Of a stretch of 64,000 bases of DNA, positions 7,248-17,232 are shown piece by piece. The stretch is from positions 1-64,000 of the IMG/VR virus record IMGVR_UViG_3300029904_000002, one strand, 5' to 3'. Below the pieces are notes generated by a model, which did no database searches, was not told the origin of the DNA, and saw only the letters and a program-made list of their open reading frames with translations. Each line of letters opens with the position of its first letter. Positions within the stretch are counted from its first letter, which is position 1. A program made the translations under genes and the position numbers. Source of the stretch: a virus.

Positions 7248-7631
7248 ATGTGTGATGATACTGTATTATGGGAAGATCCTATAGATACTTATGATCTAGA
7301 TAAGTATTTTGGAGCTGCGGAAATAACTTCTAGACGATCAGGTCTTCCGATGAACATTCGATCTATTCATAGAACAGAAATTACGCATGATAGATTATGC
7401 TTAGAGCTCAGTGCAAATAGCCTTCATGTTGAGCTAGCAATGGGTTTAGAGTTATGTATCATCAATAGATCAAGACATATCACATTTCATGAATATGAGA
7501 TGATAGAAACATGTAGAACCTATATCCGACGTAATTTAGATTTATTTTACAAGCATCAATTAGATCTTACAGATAGCTTTGATGATAAAGATTTATTTGA
7601 TGCATTAGAAAGGAGAGGTGATTTTAAGTGA
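7248..7631 (+). CDS. hypothetical protein
   Basis: ORF track 127 aa; GAGGGG 9 nt upstream. Confidence 0.6.
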   Translation: MCDDTVLWEDPIDTYDLDKYFGAAEITSRRSGLPMNIRSIHRTEITHDRLCLELSANSLHVELAMGLELCIINRSRHITFHEYEMIETCRTYIRRNLDLFYKHQLDLTDSFDDKDLFDALERRGDFK

Positions 7632-7722
7632 AAAGAGTAGAAGGAAAGTATTCAACTGCAAAAATATTTACAGATAACGTAGATGATGGGTCTTAACAAT
7701 TTTAATATTAGGTGAATCATAT

Positions 7723-8586
7723 ATGGATAATAGAAGAAAGGGCTCTGTAACAGGGCGTATATGTATAACAGATGGAACCCATAATAAATTTGTACACGAA
7801 ACTGAATTGACTTACTATCTGAACAATGGGTGGAGAAAAGGAAGTTACAGGTATACAGGAGGTACAAAAATACCATGTAAAGTATGCGGTAAAATGATAT
7901 CTAAGTATGACGGTAAACATGGAATGTGCGCTAAATGTATGAAAGATACAGGATTCTATAAGAATCTATGGAAAGATGAAAATTATAGAAACAACGTTAT
8001 TTCAAGTTGTACGGGACTTAAGCGATCAGAAGAATTTAAGAAGAAACAAAGTGAACATATGAAAGAATACTATAAGAACCATCCGGAACGTAGACAAGCT
8101 CAGGGATTAGTATTCAGCAAAGCGTGGAAGGACGGTAAGCATGCAAAGATGACCGATACATATGGTATAACTAGAAGTATTGCTGAAAATATGATGTATG
8201 ATGCATTCCTTAAATTATTTGGTTCATATTATGTGTCCAGAAATCCTGTACAAGGTCCTGATGGGAGATGGTGTTATCCTGATGTGTTATTATTCGATTC
8301 TGTTATTGTAGAATATTACGGTGATTATTGGCATGCAAATCCACAGTTGTATCAATCATCAGATACATTAGCTAATAGTACTGCTCAGGATATTTGGAAT
8401 TCTGACGCAGATAGAGAAAAGCGTATTCTACAATCTGTAGTGAATGGATATAATAAATATATGTCTTCTATATCATCCATGATAATAATATGGGAGAGTG
8501 ATACAAGTCATCTTAAAACACAGAGTGATTGGGATGATTACATTGCAAATAGATTTGTAGGTTATGATGAACATGTATCTTGTTGA
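7723..8586 (+). CDS. free-standing homing-endonuclease-like protein (N-terminal DNA-binding/zinc module plus Vsr/DUF559-like PD-(D/E)XK domain)
   Basis: 287 aa; N-term ICITDGTHNKFV..ELTYYLNNGWRKG and CKVCG..CAKC; C-term YPDVLLFDSVIVEYYGDYWHANP resembles the Vsr/DUF559 nuclease core. Confidence 0.6.
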   Translation: MDNRRKGSVTGRICITDGTHNKFVHETELTYYLNNGWRKGSYRYTGGTKIPCKVCGKMISKYDGKHGMCAKCMKDTGFYKNLWKDENYRNNVISSCTGLKRSEEFKKKQSEHMKEYYKNHPERRQAQGLVFSKAWKDGKHAKMTDTYGITRSIAENMMYDAFLKLFGSYYVSRNPVQGPDGRWCYPDVLLFDSVIVEYYGDYWHANPQLYQSSDTLANSTAQDIWNSDADREKRILQSVVNGYNKYMSSISSMIIIWESDTSHLKTQSDWDDYIANRFVGYDEHVSC

Positions 8587-8640
8587 TATAAAGATAGCTG
8601 TTCTCAAACATTCTAAATATATCAGAAAGTAGGTGAATAC

Positions 8641-8856
8641 ATGATCAATGTAGATTTGAAGGAATTTTATGTAAACCCTTGTGAATCGTGTATATACAAA
8701 GGTGGATGTCCTCCGATGTGCATGAGTACTGAAGATTCAATAATCCCATCATTGTATGCATCTGATGACATCGCTTCTGCGAAGTACATTAATCTTCTAG
8801 ATAATTATGTAAAGCTTATACGAAATCTAGGATTCAATCCCGTGTTAGAAGATTAA
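8641..8856 (+). CDS. hypothetical protein
   Basis: ORF track 71 aa. Confidence 0.55.
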   Translation: MINVDLKEFYVNPCESCIYKGGCPPMCMSTEDSIIPSLYASDDIASAKYINLLDNYVKLIRNLGFNPVLED

Positions 8857-8867
8857 TCTTTATTTAG

Positions 8868-8893
8868 ATAGGCAGACCTTATGGTCTGTCTAT
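8868..8893 (+). terminator. stem-loop, 11 bp
   Basis: ATAGGCAGACC-TTAT-GGTCTGTCTAT followed by an A/T-rich tract; 12 nt after stop of 8641..8856. Confidence 0.5.
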
Positions 8894-8899
8894 TATTAT

Positions 8900-8912
8900 G
8901 AATCGTTATATA
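8900..8912 (+). promoter_or_regulatory. gAATCGTTAt promoter-like motif copy (GAATCGTTATATA)
   Basis: Immediately after the hairpin; 26 nt upstream of ATG 8938. Confidence 0.6.
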
Positions 8913-8937
8913 TTTATATAAGAAGGAGGTGAACATA

Positions 8938-9228
8938 ATGAAATTTATTCCATTTTATAGATGTGGATGCTGCAATGGTGCAATGACACAAGGTATGCCT
9001 GTTGAATTTGAGTCAGAAGAAGATTTACAGAAAGGAATGGAGAAAATGGTGCAAGGTCAAGTGTATGATTTTGTACCAGGAATTGAGAATACAATGCAGA
9101 CTCCGAACTCTATCCTACACTTTTGCACAGACGGAAGTGTAGGTATTGCGAAATTTGTAGGTTATCACAAACTTTCAGAGAAGGAGATAAAGTATTTTGA
9201 ATTGATGTCTGGAAATACTTCGGAGTAG
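8938..9228 (+). CDS. hypothetical protein
   Basis: ORF track 8929..9228; start moved to ATG 8938 (GGAGG at 8925-8929). Confidence 0.6.
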   Translation: MKFIPFYRCGCCNGAMTQGMPVEFESEEDLQKGMEKMVQGQVYDFVPGIENTMQTPNSILHFCTDGSVGIAKFVGYHKLSEKEIKYFELMSGNTSE

Positions 9229-9239
9229 AAAGGGGAAAT

Positions 9240-11234
9240 ATGAATTCATTAGAACGCGAACTTAGGCTTGCTGCACATCTTTATTATCAAGATGGCAATA
9301 GCTTCTTATCAGATGATGAGTTTGACAAAAAATGTGATCAATTAAGATCTGCTGATCCAAACAATTCTATATTTAAAGAACCTTCTTGGGGATACAATAT
9401 TAATAATGATTCAACAGTTGGAGAACGTTGTCCTCATAGATATGGATTAGTAACAGGATTAGGTAAAGCGTACACATACAAAGAGGTTCCGAATCAGTTT
9501 AAAGTTCATTGCATCGTAGGATCTCCAAAACTTGATGGAATGTCAATTGCACTGTATTATGAAAACAGTGTGTTGATTCAAGCATTAACTAGAGGAGATT
9601 ATAAACAAGGAATTGATGTAACAGATAAAGTTAAACTGATCATCGGCGATACTTTACCTTCACCTCATATTACTGGTGGGTTCCGTGGAGAAATCATAAT
9701 GTCGAAAGCTTCATATGAAAGATATGAATCTTGTCATGATAATATCAAAAACGCTCGTAATTCAGTTGCAGGTATCATTAACTCAAAAGAGATAACAGAA
9801 GATATCAAGTATCTTGATATTGTAGTTTACACTATACTTGCAGATGAATCATTACGTAAGGATATTGTTGATGAAGAAGGTATGCATTCTTATATGGTAT
9901 GTACACATATTGATTATACTGAAGCATATGAACTTTTGAATAAAAATTTTGAAAATGTTGCACCGTATTTTACGTTTACAGGTTTAAGTGAAGATAATTT
10001 CATAGATTGTATGTCGCATAAATTTTCTGAGTTATGTGCATATTATCCATACGAAGTAGACGGCATTGTAATTTCAACAAAACGCATCAGTATTGACAGA
10101 AATGGTCAGTTTAAGTATGATGAGATAGCAGTAAAATTCAAGTCAGAGACCGCGATAACAAAAGTAGAGAAAGTTGACTGGCAGATGTCTAAAACACATT
10201 TTGCTATTCCAGTGGTGTACATCCAACCTGTTGAACTTGATGGTGCAACTATAACAAAATGTACAGGTCTCAATGCTAAGTATATTAAAGACAACAAGAT
10301 TGAAAATGGTGCTGTAGTAGAGATTGAGAGACACGGGCAGGTTATTCCATATATCAATAGGGTCATCAACCCAGTATCTATTGATGATGTACTCATTACA
10401 AATTGTCCAGAATGCGGTGAGAAGCTAGAATGGGAGGGAGTACATCTGAAATGTATGAATCCTTTATGCGGCAACGCAATATTGCAAGATGCACTTATTT
10501 GGATCAATAATATCGCTCCTTTAGATAACTTTGGAGATAAACTTAGAATAAAGTTTCTTCAAAAATATATTTCAGGCGAGATATCCGTTGAATCTATAAT
10601 GGATTGCGAAGAGCTTGTGAAAATTGCCGTTTTGTGCATGGATGAGCATCCAAGTCCGCTGATCAGCAAGCAGCTTATTCTATTTTCAATGATGTGCAAT
10701 GCATTGTTTAACAAACCTGTGCTTGCTTCAGATGCTATTAAAGCATTGAATATTCCGAGATTTGGAGATATTACATCTGAAAAGCTTGCAAGCTATCCAC
10801 ACCTTGTCAAAGAAATTTTCTCTCTATCTCAAGCAGTCAATTCTGATGATACCTATGTTATTCCAGACAATTTCTTAGATGAACTCATTAGATGCATCGG
10901 AGTTGCAAACGGTCAGTCCATTATCAATAATATTAAAAAATTCTACAGATTACGATTTGTATACAATCGGATTGTTTGGAATTCATCATCAAATAGTGCA
11001 GAGGTAAAAGGTAAAGTAGCAATCACAGGAAAACTCAGTGTTAAACGATCGGAATTTGAGAAAGAACTTAAATTAGCAGGATGGTCAGTAGGAGAAATCT
11101 CTAAAGACTCAAAGTTCCTCATCACGGATAATCCAGATAGTTCATCTTCTAAGAATAAGAAAGCAGATGAGTGGGGCATACCAAAAATTACTGAGTATGA
11201 TTTCAGATTCAATTATCTTAAAGGAGATGAGTAA
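9240..11234 (+). CDS. ligA: NAD-dependent DNA ligase
   Basis: 664 aa; adenylation motif KLDG (SPKLDGMS), Cys4 zinc finger CPECG..CMNPLC, C-terminal BRCT-like region; length typical of LigA. Confidence 0.93.
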   Translation: MNSLERELRLAAHLYYQDGNSFLSDDEFDKKCDQLRSADPNNSIFKEPSWGYNINNDSTVGERCPHRYGLVTGLGKAYTYKEVPNQFKVHCIVGSPKLDGMSIALYYENSVLIQALTRGDYKQGIDVTDKVKLIIGDTLPSPHITGGFRGEIIMSKASYERYESCHDNIKNARNSVAGIINSKEITEDIKYLDIVVYTILADESLRKDIVDEEGMHSYMVCTHIDYTEAYELLNKNFENVAPYFTFTGLSEDNFIDCMSHKFSELCAYYPYEVDGIVISTKRISIDRNGQFKYDEIAVKFKSETAITKVEKVDWQMSKTHFAIPVVYIQPVELDGATITKCTGLNAKYIKDNKIENGAVVEIERHGQVIPYINRVINPVSIDDVLITNCPECGEKLEWEGVHLKCMNPLCGNAILQDALIWINNIAPLDNFGDKLRIKFLQKYISGEISVESIMDCEELVKIAVLCMDEHPSPLISKQLILFSMMCNALFNKPVLASDAIKALNIPRFGDITSEKLASYPHLVKEIFSLSQAVNSDDTYVIPDNFLDELIRCIGVANGQSIINNIKKFYRLRFVYNRIVWNSSSNSAEVKGKVAITGKLSVKRSEFEKELKLAGWSVGEISKDSKFLITDNPDSSSSKNKKADEWGIPKITEYDFRFNYLKGDE

Positions 11235-11600
11235 ATGAAAACAGTAGTTGATAGGTATAGAGATTATTGTAAAGATATGAAGTTCTTTGAAATCTTAAAT
11301 CTTTTACAGAATGGATATTCTTTAAAAGATTGTGCAGCAGAATTGAACATTCCATATTCTAGAACACAGGTGTATTCACAAAAACTGTCAGAATTCCACA
11401 GACTCTGTAATATGCAAAATGATGCTGATAGCATCGTCAATTTGGATATCAACTATAAAGATTTTTTGAAACTAGAATCAATGAGAATCAAAACAATAAG
11501 TCGACTCCGATCGTTACTCAGTGACCCTTTAAGTAGTGTTGATTTCAGCAGGAAACTATTAGGTAATTGTCGTCTTGCATTAGACGAATACGATAACTAA
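11235..11600 (+). CDS. hypothetical protein with helix-turn-helix-like segment
   Basis: 121 aa; LKDCAAELNIPYSRTQVYSQKL. Confidence 0.55.
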   Translation: MKTVVDRYRDYCKDMKFFEILNLLQNGYSLKDCAAELNIPYSRTQVYSQKLSEFHRLCNMQNDADSIVNLDINYKDFLKLESMRIKTISRLRSLLSDPLSSVDFSRKLLGNCRLALDEYDN

Positions 11601-11617
11601 AGAAAGGAGAATGAAGA

Positions 11618-11830
11618 GTGAGATGGATAAAAAAGCATGAGTCAACCGAATGGATAAAAACGTTTGCTATATTTCCTATTCGGATTGGCGATGAAGTACG
11701 GTGGCTCGAAACTGTCTATTATCATCAGCATATAGAAGGATACGATGACTTCACAGGCGAGCCATATTATGAGCCGGACAAGTTCTTAACCAAAGAGGAA
11801 TATGAGAGAGGCTTGAAAGACGAGTATTAA
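11618..11830 (+). CDS. hypothetical protein
   Basis: ORF track 70 aa; GTG start 9 nt after GGAG. Confidence 0.5.
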   Translation: MRWIKKHESTEWIKTFAIFPIRIGDEVRWLETVYYHQHIEGYDDFTGEPYYEPDKFLTKEEYERGLKDEY

Positions 11831-11894
11831 TTATGACTTGCTGACAGATGATATTTGTAAGTCGTTGTTTGGCGAAAGAAAGGAGAATGAAGAG

Positions 11895-12365
11895 ATGCCG
11901 TCCAAGAAAACTAAACTTCTTACACCGAGTCAAATGAAATGTAAGAAACCACGAGTTGTGAATTATTCTGGTGATCAAGAGAAGCAGCAGAAAGCTCGAG
12001 ATATTATCGTGCTGTATGTTGAATGTGGGCTAGGTTACAGCCCTATACGACACATCATTGGTCTTGCAAATGATAAGCTTGTTGAAGATGTTATCAGACA
12101 GCACATGCTTGGAAGAAATAATGTAGATGAAGAGAACGGTGAACTTATGTGCCCACAGTCGAGGTATCTAAGTGAATTTCAGAAAAGCATCATAATTCAG
12201 AAATCTCAAAGATATCTCACAGAGGAAGATCCATACATTGTAGATATGTTAGCAGACGGTAAATGGTCTGATGATCCTATCTGTGGGCCGAAGATATGCA
12301 AAGTATGTGGAACGAAGATTGAATCGACTTGGAAATATTGTCCAAGCTGTGCAACTAAATTATAG
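11895..12365 (+). CDS. hypothetical protein with C-terminal zinc ribbon
   Basis: ORF track 11838..12365; start moved to ATG 11895 behind AAGGAG; C-term CKVCG..CPSC. Confidence 0.55.
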   Translation: MPSKKTKLLTPSQMKCKKPRVVNYSGDQEKQQKARDIIVLYVECGLGYSPIRHIIGLANDKLVEDVIRQHMLGRNNVDEENGELMCPQSRYLSEFQKSIIIQKSQRYLTEEDPYIVDMLADGKWSDDPICGPKICKVCGTKIESTWKYCPSCATKL

Positions 12366-12376
12366 GAGGGGTATTT

Positions 12377-13411
12377 ATGCATTTTATCAAAAGTAACGCA
12401 ACAGAAATTAAGGAAACTAATCCCTACAAGAAAGTAGAGAAAATCGGAAGAATATGTTATAAATCAGAAGATAAGATAACTGAAGATAGTTGGAAAACGT
12501 TTGTAGGTAACCTCATTAAGCGTCAGCATTTTGCAATGCTTGAACATGCACGTCTATTCTTCTTGATACATATCAACGATGAAGATGGGTGTGCAGAGGT
12601 CAGAGGTATTGATCTTATGAATGATCTCAGCAAATTACCTTACGTGTATGCTGATTTCAGCGGGTACTCACATTGTGCAGAAGTAGGTGTGGATGTAAGC
12701 TTATCTCATATTTACAATGATAGGTGGAGGACTTATCCGTATAGTCAAACAATGACAATACTTGATGCATTTAGAATTGTGATTGAAGAATATTTTGAAT
12801 TTGATTTTGATGACAAAAAATTTTCTAAAAATCGAGTCCTTGATAATCTTAAGGAACTCCATAATCTTGAACTTGGTGATATTGAATTTAGAATGGATTG
12901 GGAATCATCTGATACACCTACTTGGAGCTATCCTGAGTGTGAATATGTTACAGTTAAATTTGATTGTGATCGAGGAGTGTCGCATGAACTTGTACGTCAT
13001 AGAGTTGCAGTAGCACAATCGTCTACTAGGTATTGCAATTACAGCAAAGAAAAATTTGGAAATGGTGATATTGCATTTGTGTATCCTCATGATTATGATG
13101 CTTGGTACAATGATGTAAAATTATTATTTGAACAAAATCTCAAAGAATGCGAGGATACTTACAACTATATGATCGGTGAAAATATGTCACCACAGCAGGC
13201 TCGTGCAATTCTTCCTAATGCACTTGCAACAGAGGTAGTTCTAACCATGAATCTCGCTCAGTGGAAGCATTTTATAGATCTGAGATACAAGGGAACAACA
13301 GGTGCACCTCATCCAGATATGAAGGATGTTGCTTCAATCGCATATGATGATATATTACATTCATATCTTGAAAACATATCAGATATCTACTTTGAACATT
13401 TGAATGACTGA
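12377..13411 (+). CDS. thyX: flavin-dependent thymidylate synthase
   Basis: 344 aa; ThyX signature RHRVAVAQSSTRY (RHRxxxxQSxRY); longer than typical ThyX. Confidence 0.88.
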   Translation: MHFIKSNATEIKETNPYKKVEKIGRICYKSEDKITEDSWKTFVGNLIKRQHFAMLEHARLFFLIHINDEDGCAEVRGIDLMNDLSKLPYVYADFSGYSHCAEVGVDVSLSHIYNDRWRTYPYSQTMTILDAFRIVIEEYFEFDFDDKKFSKNRVLDNLKELHNLELGDIEFRMDWESSDTPTWSYPECEYVTVKFDCDRGVSHELVRHRVAVAQSSTRYCNYSKEKFGNGDIAFVYPHDYDAWYNDVKLLFEQNLKECEDTYNYMIGENMSPQQARAILPNALATEVVLTMNLAQWKHFIDLRYKGTTGAPHPDMKDVASIAYDDILHSYLENISDIYFEHLND

Positions 13412-13425
13412 TTGTATATCAGATT

Positions 13426-13456
13426 ATCAGGTGTGAAATCTTCACACCTGATTTTT
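13426..13456 (+). terminator. intrinsic terminator
   Basis: 12-bp stem ATCAGGTGTGAA/TTCACACCTGAT, 3-nt loop, TTTT tail. Confidence 0.8.
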
Positions 13457-13467
13457 AATGTATCACA

Positions 13468-13480
13468 GAATCGTTATAAT
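13468..13480 (+). promoter_or_regulatory. gAATCGTTAt promoter-like motif copy (GAATCGTTATAAT)
   Basis: 12 nt after the terminator; 47 nt upstream of ATG 13527; no -35-like hexamer at 17 nt (TTTTTA). Confidence 0.65.
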
Positions 13481-13526
13481 ATGTGTAATCGACATAGAAT
13501 CAAATATCCATAGAGGAGGTATTAGT

Positions 13527-14561
13527 ATGAATAAGTATTATGAACCAGTAGATAAGATCTATGAACAGTTCAAAAGATTCAATCAGAAATCACAGATTGA
13601 GAATAATATTCAGAATGAATCATTTCCAGAAGTAGAACCTGGACTGCCTACACATAAAGTAGCTGAATTTGAAGAGATCAAAGTTGAATCTCAGCTTACA
13701 AAGCCGAAGAGTTGGTACTGGGAACTTGCAAGAAACTTCATGATTGCATATGTAGCATTAACTATTGTAACAGGTATCATGAATGTTATCATGTTTGCTA
13801 TTTGGATTTTCCTTCTTCCAGGCGCTGCTATCGTTGCAGCAGTACTTAGAGGTGTAAGAACTAAACAATTTTATACACTCAAGCAGCAGGATGTAGAAAG
13901 AATAAAAGCTTCTAAGGAATACAAAGATGAGTATCAGAGACGGTTAGACGATCAGAAAAATCGCCAAGGTGAATTTGATAAAGAATATGAAAATGCTCTT
14001 GCTCAATTCGACATTGATTGGAACACTTGGAAAGAACATAAGAAAGCGTGGGAAGCAGATCGTCAGAAACGATACGAGACAGCAAAAGCTGAAAGGGTAC
14101 ATGAAAGAGACGTACTTCGCCAGATGTTTGATGATTTCGGAAAGTTTCCGAAACAGTACAGATTTGAATCATGTGTAGCATATGTCCACGAGGTACTGTC
14201 CTCTTCAGATGCAGATATATCTACAGCTATTGAAATGTATGATCGTGAACGTCAGCGTCAGTTAGAATCTGAAAGAATTGATGCATTGAATAGGCAGGCA
14301 GATCTTCAGGCACAGAGAAATAGGGAGCTTGAATATCAGTCAGAACTTCAAGAACGCGCTAACGACACAGCCGAAAGACATAGAAGAGAAGCAGCAGCTT
14401 TAGGCGCTTACAACGCATATCAGAATCATAAGCAGACTAGAATGATGAAAGACGAAAGACGTGAAAGAGAACGTGCTAAAGCTCGAAATGAAAGAGATCG
14501 TAGAGATGCTAAGATCAAAAGAGCCGTAGATGAGTTTAATCGAAACTCTAGATATCACTGA
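13527..14561 (+). CDS. membrane protein with long charged coiled-coil C-terminus
   Basis: ORF track 13458..14561; start moved to ATG 13527 (GGAGG upstream); hydrophobic stretch FMIAYVALTIVTGIMNVIMFAIWIFLLPGAAIVAAVL; R/E-rich tail. Confidence 0.65.
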   Translation: MNKYYEPVDKIYEQFKRFNQKSQIENNIQNESFPEVEPGLPTHKVAEFEEIKVESQLTKPKSWYWELARNFMIAYVALTIVTGIMNVIMFAIWIFLLPGAAIVAAVLRGVRTKQFYTLKQQDVERIKASKEYKDEYQRRLDDQKNRQGEFDKEYENALAQFDIDWNTWKEHKKAWEADRQKRYETAKAERVHERDVLRQMFDDFGKFPKQYRFESCVAYVHEVLSSSDADISTAIEMYDRERQRQLESERIDALNRQADLQAQRNRELEYQSELQERANDTAERHRREAAALGAYNAYQNHKQTRMMKDERRERERAKARNERDRRDAKIKRAVDEFNRNSRYH

Positions 14562-14602
14562 TCCTTGTATAAATCTATCAAATATATCGGAGGTAGATTT
14601 AT

Positions 14603-14866
14603 ATGTCGAATCTACAATCATACTATCGGCAACTTCAAAAAGATGAGATGATAACGAGCAGATGTGAAGAAATCATAAGATTGTTTTTGGATCAGCGCAT
14701 GACCATAAGGTTGTGCGCTGAAAATATGTGTATGTCTAAATCAAATGTACACAAGTACATACACACTCAAATTAAAGACAGATATCCTACTGAATATGAT
14801 CAGATACGTAGAAAATTGCAATGGAATAGTAAACATCTGTGTATCAATCGAAAATATTGGAAATGA
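14603..14866 (+). CDS. SpoIIID-like HTH transcriptional regulator
   Basis: 87 aa; TIRLCAENMCMSKSNVHKYIH matches the SpoIIID pattern T.R..A.....SKS.VHKD from memory. Confidence 0.55.
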   Translation: MSNLQSYYRQLQKDEMITSRCEEIIRLFLDQRMTIRLCAENMCMSKSNVHKYIHTQIKDRYPTEYDQIRRKLQWNSKHLCINRKYWK

Positions 14867-14877
14867 ATCGTTAATAT
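14865..14877 (+). promoter_or_regulatory. gAATCGTTAt promoter-like motif copy (GAATCGTTAATAT)
   Basis: Overlaps the stop codon of 14603..14866; 32 nt upstream of ATG 14909. Confidence 0.6.
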
Positions 14878-14908
14878 ACATAAGATAAATAGATAGGAGG
14901 CACACATT

Positions 14909-15772
14909 ATGAAATGTTTTTATCATAACGATATGGACGGACATTGCGCAGGATATCTGGTGCGGAAATTTACAAACAATAATAATCCGGAAGATTATTA
15001 TGAAAGTGATTACTCAGGATTAAACCTTGAAGATGTAGAAATAGGGGAAGAGATTTACATTGTAGACTACAGCTTTACAGAAGCAACACTGCATGAACTT
15101 TTGTGGTTAATCAATTCTGGTTGTAAAATCATATGGATTGATCATCATGCATCTAGCTTAGATTTAGTTCGTAAATATCCTGAACTTAATGATCTTGATG
15201 GTATCAGATCCGATGAATGTAGCGGAGCTGCTTTGACTTATATGTATTTCAAAAATTGTACCTTTGATGATGTACCGGAATACGTCCAGCTTGTTTCTGA
15301 TTACGATACCTGGGCACACAAGCTGACAGATTCTGATGCATTTAAACTTGGAATTGATAGTCAGAAGAATGACGTATTTGATGATGTCTGGAAGAAATTA
15401 GATTCTCATCATGAATTGATATCCGGCGAATCATTTTTAGATGAGATCATACTTTCAGGATACATTATCAAATCTTATATAGATAACGATAATGAATCGT
15501 ATCTCAAATCCTATGGATTTGAATCTGAAATAGATGGAATCACAGTATATGCAGTAAATAAGTCAAGCAATTCTTGGATATTCGGAGATTTGATTAATTC
15601 GTATCCTGCAGTTGTTGTTTTTGTATTCAATGGATCGAAATGGAAATATTCAATATTCAGTTCAGATAATGGTGCAGATTGTCAGAAAATTGCAGAAAAT
15701 CACGGCGGTGGAGGACATAAGCACGCTGCAGGATTTACATCTGAAGAATTCCTGTTTCCTAAGGAGGTGTAG
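14909..15772 (+). CDS. DHH/DHHA1-family phosphoesterase (NrnA/GdpP-like)
   Basis: 287 aa; motif I HNDMDGH, motif III IDHHASS, DHHA1 motif GGGHKHAAG. Confidence 0.85.
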   Translation: MKCFYHNDMDGHCAGYLVRKFTNNNNPEDYYESDYSGLNLEDVEIGEEIYIVDYSFTEATLHELLWLINSGCKIIWIDHHASSLDLVRKYPELNDLDGIRSDECSGAALTYMYFKNCTFDDVPEYVQLVSDYDTWAHKLTDSDAFKLGIDSQKNDVFDDVWKKLDSHHELISGESFLDEIILSGYIIKSYIDNDNESYLKSYGFESEIDGITVYAVNKSSNSWIFGDLINSYPAVVVFVFNGSKWKYSIFSSDNGADCQKIAENHGGGGHKHAAGFTSEEFLFPKEV

Positions 15773-15774
15773 TT

Positions 15775-15999
15775 ATGAGTCTTATGAGTAAAGAAGAATA
15801 TCTTAAAACAAGACCTAAGATGACAGCGAATTACTTATCCTTACCTAAATACAGCAGTCCAGTATATAGATGTGATAAGTGTGGTGGAGGTATGTGTAAA
15901 AATCTATGGTATGGAGTCACTGTAGCTACTATGCCTCCTATATCTCAAAGCGTATTTAGATGTGATACTTGTGGATATACAGAAACTATTGATGATTAA
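15775..15999 (+). CDS. small double zinc-ribbon protein
   Basis: 74 aa; CDKCGG and CDTCGY. Confidence 0.55.
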   Translation: MSLMSKEEYLKTRPKMTANYLSLPKYSSPVYRCDKCGGGMCKNLWYGVTVATMPPISQSVFRCDTCGYTETIDD

Positions 16000-16014
16000 T
16001 GGGAGGTACCGTTC

Positions 16015-17226
16015 ATGCCTACTATAAGCAAAGGAAGTAAGACAGCATGGATGTTAAGACAGGGTGGTGATGCATTCGGTGTAATGCATCACTTCTATGT
16101 TATGGATGATGAAGATTTGTCATCAGAAGCAGAAGTTGCAGCATTCTTAGTTTCTACAGAATCTAAAGATTTAGATCTCGCAAAATATATTTTAGATGCT
16201 TGGATGGCAATACTTATTGAGAATATTGTACCTTACGATGGAGAGGAGCCTGAGATTGAATTAGCAATAGAATCAGCATTGTCAACTCTTCCATATTCTT
16301 TTCAGTATCCATTATCTACAACAGAATTGATTAAGATACATAGAGAATGCAACCAGTATGATAATGTAGGTTCTTTATATGATTTTGTAGATGATGTTCG
16401 ATCCGAACGGACTTCGTTATCAAAACGAATCAAAGATTCATTAAATCAGCAGTTTTGTAGATCAAGATATGGTGGGCAGTATAATACTAGACGGGGCAAT
16501 AAAGAATTATGGTTCCGAATTTCGTCTACTGGGTATAATTGGATTAACGACATTTATATCTGGACAGCAGACCATTATAGAGGGTTAGGGGCACAGACAA
16601 TCACTATCTGTCGTGATTATGAATCTGATTACGGAGATTCAGAAGGTAATGCGGAATACTTTTACACTGCAAGAGACGGTGCAGTATATCGCAATATGCC
16701 TATTATTGAATTCTTAGCTGAAGAACATGATACACGTCCTGTATTTGATTCTCGAGATCTCGGATATGCTCCTAATCCATATGATTTATTCAATGAAGGG
16801 TATACAAGAGAAGAATGCGATACTATTTTGGGATCAAAATTTTTAGATTTGGAGGCAGCTACAGACGATATGGTAATCAAAGAGAAAGAAGTTCGATGCG
16901 TATCAGAGGTACGTGCAAACTTGATACAGCAATATCCTACACGAACTCAAATACGTCTGAACAACATGTGTAATAAGATCAAAGAAATGTTTCCCGAGTT
17001 CACAAATGTTGATATCATAGAAATCAATCCTCGAGAAAATCGTTCTGGCAATATGGTTGCGTCGGAAGTTGTGTTCTACTGCAAATCTGATATCGAAGAT
17101 ATAGACGATCTAAAAGTCTCAATCATACTCAATAGAGGAATCAAGGATGCTACCGTCGGAGATGTTGTACGAAAGTTTCGTATAGAATACAACGATTTCA
17201 AAAAGTTCAAAGAAATTGAGGTGTAA
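16015..17226 (+). CDS. hypothetical protein
   Basis: ORF track 403 aa; GGGAGG upstream; no motif recognised. Confidence 0.7.
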   Translation: MPTISKGSKTAWMLRQGGDAFGVMHHFYVMDDEDLSSEAEVAAFLVSTESKDLDLAKYILDAWMAILIENIVPYDGEEPEIELAIESALSTLPYSFQYPLSTTELIKIHRECNQYDNVGSLYDFVDDVRSERTSLSKRIKDSLNQQFCRSRYGGQYNTRRGNKELWFRISSTGYNWINDIYIWTADHYRGLGAQTITICRDYESDYGDSEGNAEYFYTARDGAVYRNMPIIEFLAEEHDTRPVFDSRDLGYAPNPYDLFNEGYTREECDTILGSKFLDLEAATDDMVIKEKEVRCVSEVRANLIQQYPTRTQIRLNNMCNKIKEMFPEFTNVDIIEINPRENRSGNMVASEVVFYCKSDIEDIDDLKVSIILNRGIKDATVGDVVRKFRIEYNDFKKFKEIEV

Positions 17227-17232
17227 TGTTAT

